A stretch of 64,000 nt of DNA, from the NCBI GenBank assembly GCA_002269645.1, contig NIVC01000733.1:132766-196765 (forward strand), given 5' to 3'. Source of the stretch: Macrostomum lignano (taxonomy: Eukaryota). The notes beneath the pieces are model-generated. The model was not told the origin of the DNA. It ran no database searches and saw only the letters and a list, made by a program, of their open reading frames with translations. Made by a program: the position numbers and the translations under genes. Each line of letters opens with the position of its first letter. The first letter of the stretch is position 1. Shown piece by piece: positions 1 through 12,691 of this stretch.

Positions 1-58
1 ACTACTACTACTACTACTACTACTACTACTGCTACTACTACTACTACCACTACTACTG

Positions 59-104
<46 letters not shown>

Positions 105-133
105 AACTACTACTACTACTACTACTACTACTG

Positions 134-177
<44 letters not shown>

Positions 178-178
178 G

Positions 179-225
<47 letters not shown>

Positions 226-249
226 GCTACTACTACGACTACTACTACA
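1..249. repeat. (ACT)n trinucleotide microsatellite, intronic
   Basis: Near-perfect actactact run with occasional gct/cac variants. It lies just beyond the GTGAGT donor (256-261, minus) of the EF-hand gene. Confidence 0.97.
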
Positions 250-261
250 GATAGTACTCAC

Positions 262-647
262 CCTAGCCCTCGTGCTCAGCACCAACGACCTGATGCGCAC
301 CATCAGCTCATCGAAGGTGACATTGTCTCCCACAGTCACCACCGGCCTCTCAACGATGGCCTGCCAGTCGCGGGTCTCAGCCTGGGCCGCCCGGGTCTCC
401 AAGTCGGCCTGACGCGACACCCGCTGCTGGCAGAAGTCCGCGTCCACAGCCTCGGCGAAGGCCGGATAGTTCACGTCTCCTGTGGCCGGGTCGGCGAACT
501 TGCGGGCGAGCAGCTTCAGCTTCTCCGGGCTGACGTCCAGGGTGAGGAAGTGCAGCGATCGGGCGAACTGCTGTGGCGTCATCACCCGGGTGTAGGCCGT
601 GCTCTGTGGGTGCGGGCCGGGAGGCTGACTGTCTGCCTGTCTGTCTG

Positions 648-704
<57 letters not shown>

Positions 705-707
705 GAC

Positions 708-784
<77 letters not shown>

Positions 785-787
785 GAC

Positions 788-819
<32 letters not shown>

Positions 820-3800
820 CTGTCTGTCTGTCTGTCTGTCTGTCTGTCTCCCTAGAAACTATAGCTCTTTGTGACTGCGCATCTTGTGCGTGAGAGCTGC
901 ATTGAGCTGTATTAGCTCATTTTTGAACATCTTGCGTTACAGAGATAATAAGTCTGACGTCAGTTAGAGTTTTTTATTACGAGTACGATCGAGCTTACTG
1001 CATCTCTCTTTGCTAGATTAGATATTCGAGCAGGTAGGAGCAGCTCAGATTGCTGCGCCAAGTCAGCGGAGAGTTCTAAGAGTTACCCGCCCCTCCCTTG
1101 GAGTCTAATTAGTGGCCTGTAAAATAGCAGAACTCTCTAATTGCTCAGCTCGGAAATTAAGGTTATTTGAAATGATGAATTCGAGCTGACAGGAAGTCAA
1201 TGAGAGTCGGGAGCGATCACTGTTATTATGGGAATTTTGTGAGGAAGAGTTGCAATTAAAATTGCAACTTTCCACTTTCCTTGGCTCCTTAGGAATAAAA
1301 GACCGGCATTGTGGGATCTATTTTTACTTAAGAACCTTTTTTCAGATCCTTTGGGAAAAAGAAAATGAGACAGAAGACCGGGTCAAGGTCAAGTAGCTGC
1401 ATGTATAATATGCTCTGGATTGCAGCTAAATAGGATTATTAACTCTTGCTTGGCTGCTTTTGCTATTGCTTCTTTTAGATTCTGAGTTTTCCTGGGAAGA
1501 TGGAGGGGAAAGGGGATGGGAAATGAGAGGGGATGTGGGGGGAATGGGAGTGAAAATGAGAGGGAAAATGAGAGGGGAATGGGATGGAAGTGGGAGGGGA
1601 AGAGGGAGGGGAAGTGGGAGGGGGGAATGAGAGGGTAAAGGAGAGGGGAAAGGAGAGGGGAAAGGAGAGGGGGAAATGAGAGGGGAAATGAGAGGGGAAA
1701 GGAGAGGGTGAAATGAGAGGGGAAAAGAGAGGGGAAATGAGAAGGGAAAAGGAGAGGGGAAAGGAGAGGGGAAAGTAGAGGGGAAAGTAAGCAGACGTGT
1801 AATACAGCACAAATACGAGTATAAGCAAAATTGTGTAAAATTTCTCGCTATTAAAATTCTTAAATAATAATGACCCGTCAACTTAAGCGAGTAAAGGCAG
1901 GGAATTCACTGAAATGATCTCTTTGCCGCAGCCTACAGTACAGCAAAATGAGCACGAAACCCATACAGATGAATCCGTACTGATCTGGTGTGCACGGTTA
2001 CACACTAATTAACACGGATGAAATTCTGTCTACGGAATCGAATCATTTCATCAAAATTCTTGTTCAATTCTTGTGGTTTTTTTTAATTCTTTGTCATCGA
2101 AGTGAATTAAATTTTTGGAGATTATTAAAGTTCTACCACCGATTCCATGGGGTCACTCTCCCACCCACTGATTCCATGGGGTTACTCTCCCACCCACCGA
2201 TTCCATGGGGTCACTCTGCCCTGATTCTATGGGGTCACCCTCCCCTGATTCCATGGGGTCCCTCTCCACCGATTCCATGGGGTCACTCTCCCCCGATTCC
2301 ATGGGGTCACTCTCCCCCGATTCCATGGGGTCACTCTCCCCTGATTCCAAGGAGTCCCTCTCCGATTCCATGGGGTCACTCTCTCCCCCGATTCCATGGG
2401 GTCACTCTCCCCCGATTCCATGGGGTCACTCTCCAGCAATTCCATGGAGTCACTCTCCTTCTCCACCGATTCCATGGGGTCACTCTCCCCGCCCCCCACC
2501 AACTCCATGGGGTCACTCTTAGGTCAATTTTAAGGCTCACTCCCTAATTAATAATTATTCGCTAACATGCTAACAGGCTTCCAATCCAGACACAGCAACC
2601 AACTCACCCTATCGTAGTCCTTGAAGTACTGATAGACCATCAGTCGCCTCTCCAGCACCTGTCGTCGAATGTCTTCCATAGTGTCGGCCAAGTCGGCCTC
2701 CTCGGCAGCTGTCAGGCGGGGCAGAGTCCTCGCTAGCGACCCCTGCGCCGGCACTTCCACCGTGGCCAGGGGCTTCTTTTCCAGGTGCGGCACATTGAAC
2801 GGAGAGTCCATGGCCAGAGCGAAGTCCCTGTAGCGAACTCTGTTGCTGCCGTCTTTGGCGGCGAAGTAGTGCGCGAGAGCGTGGCACTCGGGCAGGGTGA
2901 GCTGGGCCTGCTTGCCGATTGCTAGCATCAGCGACTTCACGAACTGGTTCTCCGTCACCAGGTCGTGACGCAGTTTGTCGTGATCGCGCAGAAATTCCAA
3001 CAGGCGAATGCCGTACTTGTGAACAGCGACGCGAAGGCGTTGAAGGATCATCTCAATTGACGGGTCCGTCACGGCTTCGGTCTGGAATTTGAGTCGAAGT
3101 TTGGCTCGGCTGGTGATCATGGTGCTTGGATTGGAAATGGACTGGCTGGACTTCTAATCTCCTTTCTTCTCTCATCTCTCTCCTCTCATTTCTATCTTCT
3201 CACCTCTCTCCTCTCATCTCTCTCCTTTCATCTCTCTCCTCTCTCCTCTCCTCTCTCCTCTCTCATTTCTATCTTCTCACCTCTCTCCTTTCATCTCTCT
3301 CCTCTCTCCTCTCATCCCTCTTGTCTCCCTTTCCCTCTCCCTTCTTCCCCCATCTCCCATTTCTCTCCTCTCTCCCCTTTTCTTTCTCCTCTCTCCTCTC
3401 TACTCTTTACTCTCTTCTCTCTTCTCTGCTCTCACCTCTCTCATTTTCTCTCTTCTTTTTCCTCTCCTCTCTCCTTTCTCCCCACTATTCTCTCCTCTCT
3501 CCCCACTTCTCTCTCTTCTCTGCCCCTTTTCTCTCTTCTCTCCTCTCTTCTCTCCTCTCTCCTCTCTCCCCACTATTCTCTCCTCTCCTTTCTTCTCTCT
3601 CCTCTTCTCTCTCCCCTTCCCCTTCTCTTCTCATGTTTCGCCTCTGCTTTCATCTCTCCTCTCTACAGTTCTCTGCAGAGAAGCATACGGCAAGGACCTA
3701 CGGGTGTTCGTAAATTACAAATGAAACATGCACTTTTAAGCACTTTTCCGGCCTATACAAAAACTCAGCAATAATGAATCACCTCTCCGTTGCTGAAAGC

Positions 3801-4602
3801 TGACGGCGGTGCTGGCGCAGATTTCGTCGCCACCTGTTGATCCTGCTGAGCGGAGAAGCCGGCCACGGCATCGAGGTCGCTCTGCAGGTTGAGATAGCTC
3901 ACCAGCCCGGCTCGCTCCGGGTCGGCGTACCGTCTGGACAGCAGCGCCACCTCGGCCTCGCCGAACTCCTTCGGCACCGGCAGGGCTCGGTAGAACTGCG
4001 ACTCCGTCACGCAGCCGACATTGTGCCGGTCGAATTCTTTGAAAGCGGCTCGCAGCGAGTAGCCTCCGAGTCGGTAGTGCCTGGCCAGGTGCTCCAAGAG
4101 TGACAGCACTTTGTTCTCGCTGTCCGGCGACAGTGGCCGAACGCTTCGTCGGGTGCCGAGCAGTTCGGACGCGGCCGGGATCTGAGCCGACGGATGCACG
4201 GACAAGTCGTCCGGGCGGAAGGCTCGTCCAGCGTCGATGGAGTCGCAGAATCGACGGTAGTTGAAGCGGCCGTCAGGAGCGCGGTACTTTTGCAGCAGGG
4301 CCGACTCCTGCTCTTCGCTGAGCTTGACGCCCAGATTCATCCACAGGGTGCGCAGGAATTGATTGCCTATCAGTTTGGAATGATAAAAATATAACACACA
4401 TGTTCTAAACTAGCTACTGTACAGCCTATTGTCGAATTGTGAAATCTTTTTATGAAATTTAAATTAGAAGTAAACGGTACAACTTACATGTAACGAATCC
4501 CGAACGCAGCTTGTCGAAGTCCATAAAGAAATTCTCGACTCGAACCCGACGCGACTCGCACAGCTGTCGAATCTGAATCTCGATTTCCTGCAGCGGAGCC
4601 AT
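262..4602 (-). CDS. EF-hand repeat protein, EFCAB6-related; 5' part only, continues past the left edge. Exons (-): 4602-4488, 4366-3783, 3081-2608, 603-262
   Basis: All junctions are GT-AG and phase-compatible (SGFVT-C-NQFLR, NGE-TEAVT, DYDR-STAYTRV, LSTRAR-GTGAGT). Repeated motifs RVRVENFFMDFDKLRSGFVT, LRAAFKEFDRHNVGCVTESQF and LLEFLRDHDKLRHDLVTENQF are EF-hand-like. About 505 codons lie in the window. The start ATG (4602) is tentative. Confidence 0.85.
627..846. repeat. (CTGT)n / (GACA)n microsatellite
   Basis: Direct tetranucleotide run in an EF-hand gene intron. Confidence 0.97.
1497..1790. repeat. GA-rich low-complexity repeat (GGAGAGGGGAAA-like)
   Basis: Almost purine-only tract with a ~12-bp periodicity. 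Confidence 0.9.
2139..2520. repeat. ~22-bp minisatellite (CCGATTCCATGGGGTCACTCTCC)
   Basis: About 17 degenerate tandem copies, intronic. Confidence 0.93.
3155..3662. repeat. CT-rich low-complexity tract
   Basis: Pyrimidine-rich tract between EF-hand exons 2 and 3. Confidence 0.9.
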
Positions 4603-6884
4603 GACTTCCTGTACCCGAATTTCGACTGGCAGTAGAAGTTGCTGCAATCAAACAGAAAAATAAAAGAAATGCTTTCTTTTAAAAACTTTAGTAAAAGTAC
4701 AGGCAGCTATTAATTGGTAAATAACATCCACATCCTTCCTTCTATCTGATTATACATGTACTGCCAGTACCAGTACATATTTTTTCGTGAATTATTGTGG
4801 ATTTAAACATGTTGCTATCAGCAACAACTGCTGGCGCAACAGATAGGTCATTTAGTGTATAAAAAAGATTTGTACTTACCAAAAAGTTGCAGAATGAATT
4901 AAGAATGGCCAAATGTAAAATTGTATGGTGCTTTTAAAGTTAAATTTTAAGAATTTTCTTAAGCGACAAGTATCTCAGAATAAGATTTTTAACTCAAAAA
5001 CTAATTCCTATGAAACAAACAGTAAATACTCTTTTTTATTGATACTCAACACATATTATGACACAATAGTAACAAAAAGAAAATATTTTTGTTTAACTTT
5101 GAACTTATTAGCTACGAGAATACGTACAAATTTGACTGATTAAAGAAGCAGCGATTTATCGCGTACTTATATCACGTACGTATCACAATACGCATCACGT
5201 ATTCGTAGACTCACTGGTTTCACACAGAAATTTTTTTAAAAACTGAGAGAGAAACGAGTTTAATATTTAGCTTTTAGTCTAGTTTTTCTAGCTTAATAGC
5301 CTATGGTTTCTATTACAGCTGATTCAGAATAACCTTAGGCTAGACGCCAAACTACAGTCTAGTCCTAGTAAAGTAGACTAGGCCTAGTACTAGTAGTAGA
5401 CCAAAATCAGTCTTTGTGTTGTTTAGAGAACATATAGTTTATATGGTGTAATTGTGGATATGAATTCTGTGTTAATCCTTAGCATTATTTTTCTATTGAT
5501 TTTTAGACTTTAGTTTAAAACCTTTCAATCTTCTATCATAAAATTTTACTTTTATTAGTTCATTAATTAAATAGTGTTTCCTATCTATTTTCCCTACTAT
5601 AGAATTTATTTCATTTTTTCAACTGTTAATATATAAGTATTGTATAGACATTTTAAGGTCATTAGCTAGCTAAGTACCAGTAGATTAGCATGTATTTATT
5701 GCTAGCTCTGCAAGTTAAACAGGGTTAAGTAACAGGGTTAGATAGCCATAGTTAGTATAAAACTCTAAAATTAGGGGTCAAACTGTCACGATGTTGATGG
5801 TGGCGTAGCGGCTAACTATGGCTAGGACCCTTAAAAGGGCCATTTTACGAGAGTCGTTGTAAGTCGTAGTTCCAAAATAAGTTGAAGTCAACTCTTGCAA
5901 AGCGGATTGTGTAGCGGAGCACTTGACAATAAAGGCAGGAAACTGCCGTAGTTGTTTTATTGTTAAAATCAATATTAGGCTTGGTTATTACTGTCAATAC
6001 ACAAACTATAGCTTCTGGGCACTGGCGGCTGCAACAATGGTTTTGAATATAATTGGAGGTGAAGTCAAGTGACAGACGAGTGATGCGATGGCGACGTAAC
6101 GTAATGAGCAATAGCAATGAGCACAGTGAAGGCGGTGGGACACAGTAGGCAGGATTGGCGTCAGCCGTGGCGTGAGGTAAGGAGGCTCGAGGCAGCCAGA
6201 CAGAGAACAAGGCAGACAAGCCTAAGGAGAGAGAGAGAGCAAAACCAGGAAAGAAGGTGGAGACCCCCAACTCGCCAGGCGAGGGTTAATAAAGGAGCGC
6301 AGAGGGGGGTAGCACGAAGCATGAGCGGTTCTCATTGGCTGGCTAAAGAACTTAAAATTATCGATCGTGCCAGTTTTCTACGGTCGCATGAAAGGATAGC
6401 AAAATGCGCAATGAGTTAGCGATAAGTACAAATTCATTGGGCACTACTACAAGTAAACGTTAAAATAAACTATTGGAAAAATTAAAATGAGAAATAGCAA
6501 GGGAAACTATAGTCCAACGGCCCCTCTCGGGACCACTTAAACTAGCAACGTCACACAAACCTTGCATACAAGGCCAGGGCATAACCATGAATTTTCTTTG
6601 GGGCCATTTGTTTTTGCTCCTAGTTTCTAAACTTATGCTTAAAAAGTTGGGAAACACTATAAATTTTCATTTTTGTATATTATAAAATACTAAAATAAAA
6701 TCTAATAAATATTGACAATAAATATTTAAGTAAGAATTGTTTTAACTAATCTGTTTGTGCATGTCAGCCTATGCAATGCTCTGCATAAGTGCACTTTATT
6801 GTCATTATATGATTGCCTTTTTTCCTTAGTTTTTGACTTTTCTAAGTCAAGTCTCAATTAAAATCTCAAGTCTATACATGGCAC

Positions 6885-7059
6885 CAAGGGGCACACCTAA
6901 AGGGCAGTTGCCTCCCTTATTTGGTAGAGACTTAAAAAATGAAATGGGGACCAAGTGCATTTTTGCCAAATCTTAGGGCTATGCCTATCCCCTCTGCCCC
7001 CTTGGGTTTTTACCTTCTAGTATCTGCCCCCTCTTAACCAATTTTTGGTTGCACCAATG
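6885..7059. mobile_element. Old, diverged hAT-type MITE related to the 54327-54520 element
   Basis: Internal AAATGAAATGGGGACCAAGTGCATTTTTGCCAAA resembles AAATCAAAGGGGGACCAAGCGAATTTTCGCCAAA in the 54.3-kb copy. The right end TTTTGGTTGCACCAATG resembles TTCTGGTTGCGCTACTG. Flanks CATGGCAC (6877-6884) and CATGGTAC (7060-7067) match at 7 of 8 positions, as a decayed TSD would. Confidence 0.6.
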
Positions 7060-8026
7060 CATGGTACTAGTGTAATCAGTTTACTGAAATATAAAAGTTT
7101 AAAAAGTTATGGGTCTCAAATTTTGGAGATATTGGCCAATATATAGATAACACCCTAGCTATGTTACTGCTTTCATAAGTAGACTAGGACTGATTTTTAG
7201 CTAGCTTGTTTGCCTTTATCACTTAGTCATAGTCATGTGAAGTCCTTTCCTACCATTCTTGATAATTTTACTTTTTTATATTATTTGTTAATATTGAGCA
7301 ATCATTAGTGTCTAATATTCCAAAAAATATATAAGCCAATTGTAATGCAATTTTCATTATGTTTTTAATAGTTATAGAGTTTGAAAGTTTATTTATTACT
7401 ATTTTTGTGACTATACTGTATATTTAAGATTTTAATTATATTTTCATATAGCTATAAAGGCTTGAAACAGCTATTTACTTCTTATAAATAAACTTATTTG
7501 GCTTTTGTAATTCCTTAGTTTCAATTCCTAATTTATGTTTTTCTATCTTTTTGATTGAATTAGAACTAATATGTTCCATTATATTATATCACTTGTTTTT
7601 AGCCCCATATAAAGTTTAATATTGAACCTAAAACTTCTTTTTTGAAAATAAATTTGTTTAAAGAATGTAAGAGCATATACACAATTAACTTAATAGAGTA
7701 TAAGTAGTTATAAAAGTTTAAAGAAGAAAGAAGTGCAATTCAGTTAAACATTGTGCACTTTTATAATGCTTGCAAATTGAGTAATGAAAACTTACATGTA
7801 AGTATGCATTAGATTCAAAAGTGCTCAGGTTCTAGAACTAGAAATGGATACTATGGACAGAATTAATATCAAATCGAATAGAAGGCATATAATAGTTGGT
7901 TGTCGCATTAAATAAGATCTGATATGTGCACGCTATTGACTTATCTTAATGTGCATTGTGATGCTCAAAATTGACTCTCAATATTTCATTATCGGTAACG
8001 AGTATCTGGTATGCATGCTTAGACGA

Positions 8027-8609
8027 TCAAACACATCCACCTTCCAATTCATTGTTATTATCCATTGCGTTCTCGGCACCAACTTGGGCAAGCAGTTCCT
8101 CTCGTCTGGCACACATCCGCTGAGTAGAAACTGGACCCTGCGTCAGAGAAACGTAGTGACGCAGTGCTTTGAAGGTGACGTCTTCGCTCAGAGCTGTTGG
8201 ACCCAGCGCCAGCAACTGACGTAGCCGTTTTTGACCAAGCGCCCGGTTAAGCAGATTAATTAGCGTTCGTTCTGGCCCGCTAGACGTTGGTTCTGCGCAA
8301 CAGCATTCTTGAATCCACGCCAATGGAATAGCCATCTGGTAGCTGGTGTCAGTTGCCAGCAGGACCTTGTCCGGCTCACTTGGATCCTGCTTGGTGTGCT
8401 CCAGCCAGTCGCAGTTCCTGCTCCCAGCATTAGAGTGTCGTTGGCTTGACCAGTCAAGTTGATCAGCTTGAATCTGGTTTAGACGTCGGTTCAACTGCTC
8501 CAAGGTTGAATGAATCGGCGATATTGTGAATGTTAGAATGGCCGATAGTTGAGCAGTGTAGCGCTGGAAAAGTTCTTCAAGCATCGACTTGGTCAACGGT
8601 TGTTCCTGT

Positions 8610-8648
<39 letters not shown>

Positions 8649-9659
8649 AAAAGCTGCTGCGTAGCCAACAATCCGTGATGCTGTTGAGTCTGCTGCGGTG
8701 CCGCTGCAGCTAAAAAGGCACCCAGCGAAACAGCAGCAGTCGGAGGCAGATGAGTTGGTGTCGAGATCGTCGGTCTGAGGGTTACACTTGCCTGTTGCTG
8801 CTGCTGCTGCTGCTGCAACTGCTGGCACTGATTTTGCTGTGCTTGCGCCCTTGGAATCAGCGGGCGGGGGAGCACCATCTGCGGTGCGCGGCGCAGCAGC
8901 GGGATTGCGATAGTTGCACCTGTTGTCGCTGCGGCAGTTGTCGTTACAGTATGAAGCGACGGCTGCAGCGAATTTTGCACAGGCTGTAGTTGAGGCTCTG
9001 AATCGTCTTTTTCCACTGCTCCGTATTCGGCTTCAGTCTCGGTTGAATCGGCTTCCTCGCCGTCCTCGCCAGGCGGCGTCACCTCGTCGTCCACGTTGCT
9101 GGCTTGATCGTCCGCTCCACCAATAGTTGTCTCATCGCTAGCCGACGGCGTGACAAATGGACCGCCGAGATGTGCGGAAGTGGACGGATCGACGTCGATA
9201 GTGGTTGGCGTTGGCGATTTATCGGCCCGGCGGAGTCGCTTCCTATTGCCCAGGCTGTGCTTGTAGAGATCGGCAATTCGATCGCGATCTTTGATCCAAG
9301 TTGCCAGGGTGCTGGGCGGCAGGCGCATCTCTCGGATTATGGCCGACTTGGCCTCGCCGTTCTCGATCTGTTCTCAATTGGGTATGCAGGATCAAATAAA
9401 GTTTAGGTGTGTGATTTAAAAAAACCGAACGGTTGTCATATTATCCCGGTTTTCATTGTTTCAAACTCACCCTACTAAGCGTGTGCATTTTTGTCTCGAC
9501 ATCGAAATAGACCCGTTTGTTCCTTACAATCGCTCCGTTAGTCCGTCGCTGTTGAGCCGCGCTTTTAATTTCGATTCCACCTCCACTGTTTCCGCCGACC
9601 TCTTCATCTTTCGCTTCGAGAACTCCGTCGCCATTAGCAACCACCACACTGTTTTGCAT
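8027..9659 (-). CDS. HTH-psq/CENP-B_N DNA-binding protein with Q/T-rich middle, coiled coil and possible BEN-like C-terminus; ~509 aa. Exons (-): 9659-9471, 9367-8027
   Basis: A phase-0 intron (9470-9368, GTGAGT...AACAG) joins NKRVYFDVETKMHTLSR to IENGEAKSAIIREMRLPPSTLATWIKDRDRI, the CENP-B/Tigger N-terminal HTH pattern. The second exon contains the 433-aa track ORF. No second HTH or DDE domain is present. Confidence 0.8.
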
Positions 9660-11433
9660 GATTCTAGTCTGAAACTGGACTTAGCCAATTTCAGCTGTAT
9701 GCAGTTACAGACAGAAAAACTTGGTTGAGAGAGTGCGCGCGCTGCTGGTACGCGATGTATCGCCCCGAATAGGTTTCGTCGCTGGAAATCTGCTGGTTTT
9801 AGGCCCGCTCCCCTCTTCCTCTCTCCCCTGTCTCTCTTCAGCTCGCTTGCTTCGCTAAACTGACTTGAGTCGATGTTCTTCCCCCTCTTTCCCTCTCTCT
9901 GTCCATTGGCTCTGGAGGCCAATGCAACGATGGACGGAGAAACTAAGCCTCCCGTTTTCTCTCCCTTTCTCTCCTCTCCCCTCGTAAGTCCGTCTCTCTC
10001 TTTCTCTCTCTCTCTCTATCCCTCAGCTACTCAACGTTCGTTCTATGTTTTCTTCCGTTACACTTATGCGCAGCGCTGCGTGGCCTGAACGAGCCTAAAG
10101 CAACGAAATAGAAATAGGAGGGGTTACTAGAACGGGTATTGCCTGCTAGGGCCGAGATCGGGTTCAGTGCCTGGGAGTGTTTGGGGCGGGGGTGGGTACA
10201 TCGTCGACTGAGAGAGAGACTTTCCAAATCAATGTGCCTCAACTGGCCCTCCCTGAGCCGGTAAAAGTCTCCCCTTTTGGCCCCGATATTTGCCTGTCCT
10301 CTCCCCTCTCCTTCTCGCTGTCTCTTTGCTCCTCGCTCTCTTCTCGTCTCCCTCCACTCGTCTCTATTCCCTCTCTCTGTCCATTATTTTCTTCCCCTCA
10401 TCTTGCCTCCGCGTCCTATAGAGGCTGGTTGGTTGTCCATCCTGTTCCGCGATCCGCGCGCGCCATCAGCTCCGCAACTTAACGAATGAGCATGTTTAGA
10501 GGGAAGATCTGATCCTCGTCGTTCCCAAAACCGTTCTCTCTCTCTTCTCATTCTCTCCGTGTCCTGCTCACCGTCAAATTGAAGCATATATCGTTTCCTT
10601 CTTCAAACGAATCAATTTTCTTCCTAGCTACTCACTCGCTGACGGTTGCCTGTTTATCCGGTTTGCATGATGAACTTAAAATAAATTTACATTGCCTAAA
10701 ATTTTTCAGAATCCAGTTTCACAACGCCTCAACTTCCACGATTGTAGCGTTTCGTGAAATTTATTTAGTCTAAATAAATCACGAAATAGCTAAATCAAAC
10801 TCACATTTCATAGTGGTTAGCAAAGTTTTCTTGTGCCCAAAAACACCTGTTAGAAGGTATATTAAGCGTCACGTGTAGCGTAGCGGTATAAATGACATGG
10901 ATATCAAAACAGTTCGAATTGAATTGGCTAGTTTCGAATTATACCAAGAAACTGAGGTATGAATTACTACGAAACAGAGTTCATGGAAAGTCCATTGCTT
11001 GTATAAATCTCGTAGTCGTAATGATAACGAATAGTTCGAAAACGTTCTACGAGTGTATGTTAAACTTTCAAACTGAGCGCAGATAAAACTCTGCGCTTTT
11101 AGAAGCGTGCTTGTACACAATCTGTGATCTTTGAGCGTCACTAGGTACGTAGCTGAGGCCTGCGTTGACCCCTAATAGTTTGTGTACGGTGGTACCACTT
11201 CTAACTTAAGATTTGGACTTTCAATTCATATGAGCCTGTTTCTATTTGGCTTTGTACGATCTTTAATATTCAATCAAACTTTTAAGCGCAGTTGGCATAA
11301 ATGCTACTTAAAATTCGAATTGTACCAGTAGTATAGTATGAAAACTATATTCAAGTTTAGCGAGAAGCTTTTGGCAAAATCCAGTTTTGAATTGGGCAAT
11401 GCTTTTTTAAACCTGAATTCTGTAGAGATTACA

Positions 11434-12170
11434 GAAGCATGAGCAACGGATGAGAAGCTTGAGAACTTATGCACAGAAGCATGAGCAATTGATAAGAAAC
11501 GCGTGAGAATTTAAGTACACCAGCATGAGCGATTGATGAGAAACATGAGAATCTAAGTACAGAAGCATGAGTAATTGATGAGAAACATGAGATTCTAGGT
11601 ACAGAAGCATGAGTAATTGATGAGAAACTTTAGAACCTACTGATAGATACAGATACATCGGTATTGATGAGAAACATGAGAATCTACGAGCCTCGTAAGT
11701 ACAGAAGCTTGGGTAATTGATGAGAAACATGAGAATCTAAGTACAGAAGCCTGATTAATTGATGAGAAACATAAGAATCTTAAGTACAGAAGCATGAGTA
11801 ATTGATGAGAAACATGAGAATCTAAGTACAGAAGCATGAGTAATTGATGAGAAACATGAGAATCTAAGTACAGAAGCATGAGTAATTGATGAGAAATTAG
11901 AGAAACTAAGTACAGAAGCATGAGTAATTGATGAGAAACATGAGAATCTAGGTACAGAAGCATGAGTAATTGATGAGAAACATGAGAATCTAAGTACAGA
12001 AGCATGAGTAATTGATGAGAAACATGAGAATCTAAGTACAGAAGCATGAGTAATTGATGAGAAATATGAGAATCTAAGTACAGATGCATTGGTAATTGAT
12101 GAGAAACATTAGAATCTAGGCACAGAAGCATGAGTAATTGATGAGAAACTAGAGAAACTATAGGCCCAGA
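11434..12170. repeat. 42-bp minisatellite (GTACAGAAGCATGAGTAATTGATGAGAAACATGAGAATCTAA)
   Basis: About 17 tandem copies. Probably in a 5'UTR intron of ACSL (candidate donor at 11146, acceptor at 12678). Confidence 0.95.
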
Positions 12171-12691
12171 AGCGTTAGTATTTTATAAATAATGCGGTAC
12201 AAACACTGCAGGAGTCACAGTTTTAGTTTTTTGCGTTTTTTTTTAATTTGCAGTTAAGCGTTAAAATTTAAGTTTCAATTGAATGCCAAGCCGGCTACAT
12301 ATACCTGACTGCATAAAATAGAACCCTTGTTAAATGTGGCAATCAGTTTAATATAGCAGAATCGTTCCATTTTTCGTCAAATTTCAGAGTAACCCTCCGT
12401 CCATGACAAGAAAGTCAACTACTGGTCTTCGAGTATTAGACTGTGCATCCTAATCTATATAATACATTATATCTTATCGCACTCTTAAGAAGCGAACGAG
12501 TTCGCAAATTTTTCTTTAAAATAAAACCGCGCCTGGCAAGCAGAGGCCAGATCGAACTTGAAGAAGAAGAAGATTTCATTATACCTTAGAATACGTGCGA
12601 CCTAAAGAACCCAATACATATATAGCGCCTTATTAATAACAATATCAATATTAGTCTCTATATATAAAGTTCCTACAGTTAAGAAAGCAGA

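Noticed and set aside
1-249. Possible telomeric repeat at the window edge
   Set aside because: The unit is ACT rather than TTAGGG-type, and it lies inside an intron of a gene that continues leftward.
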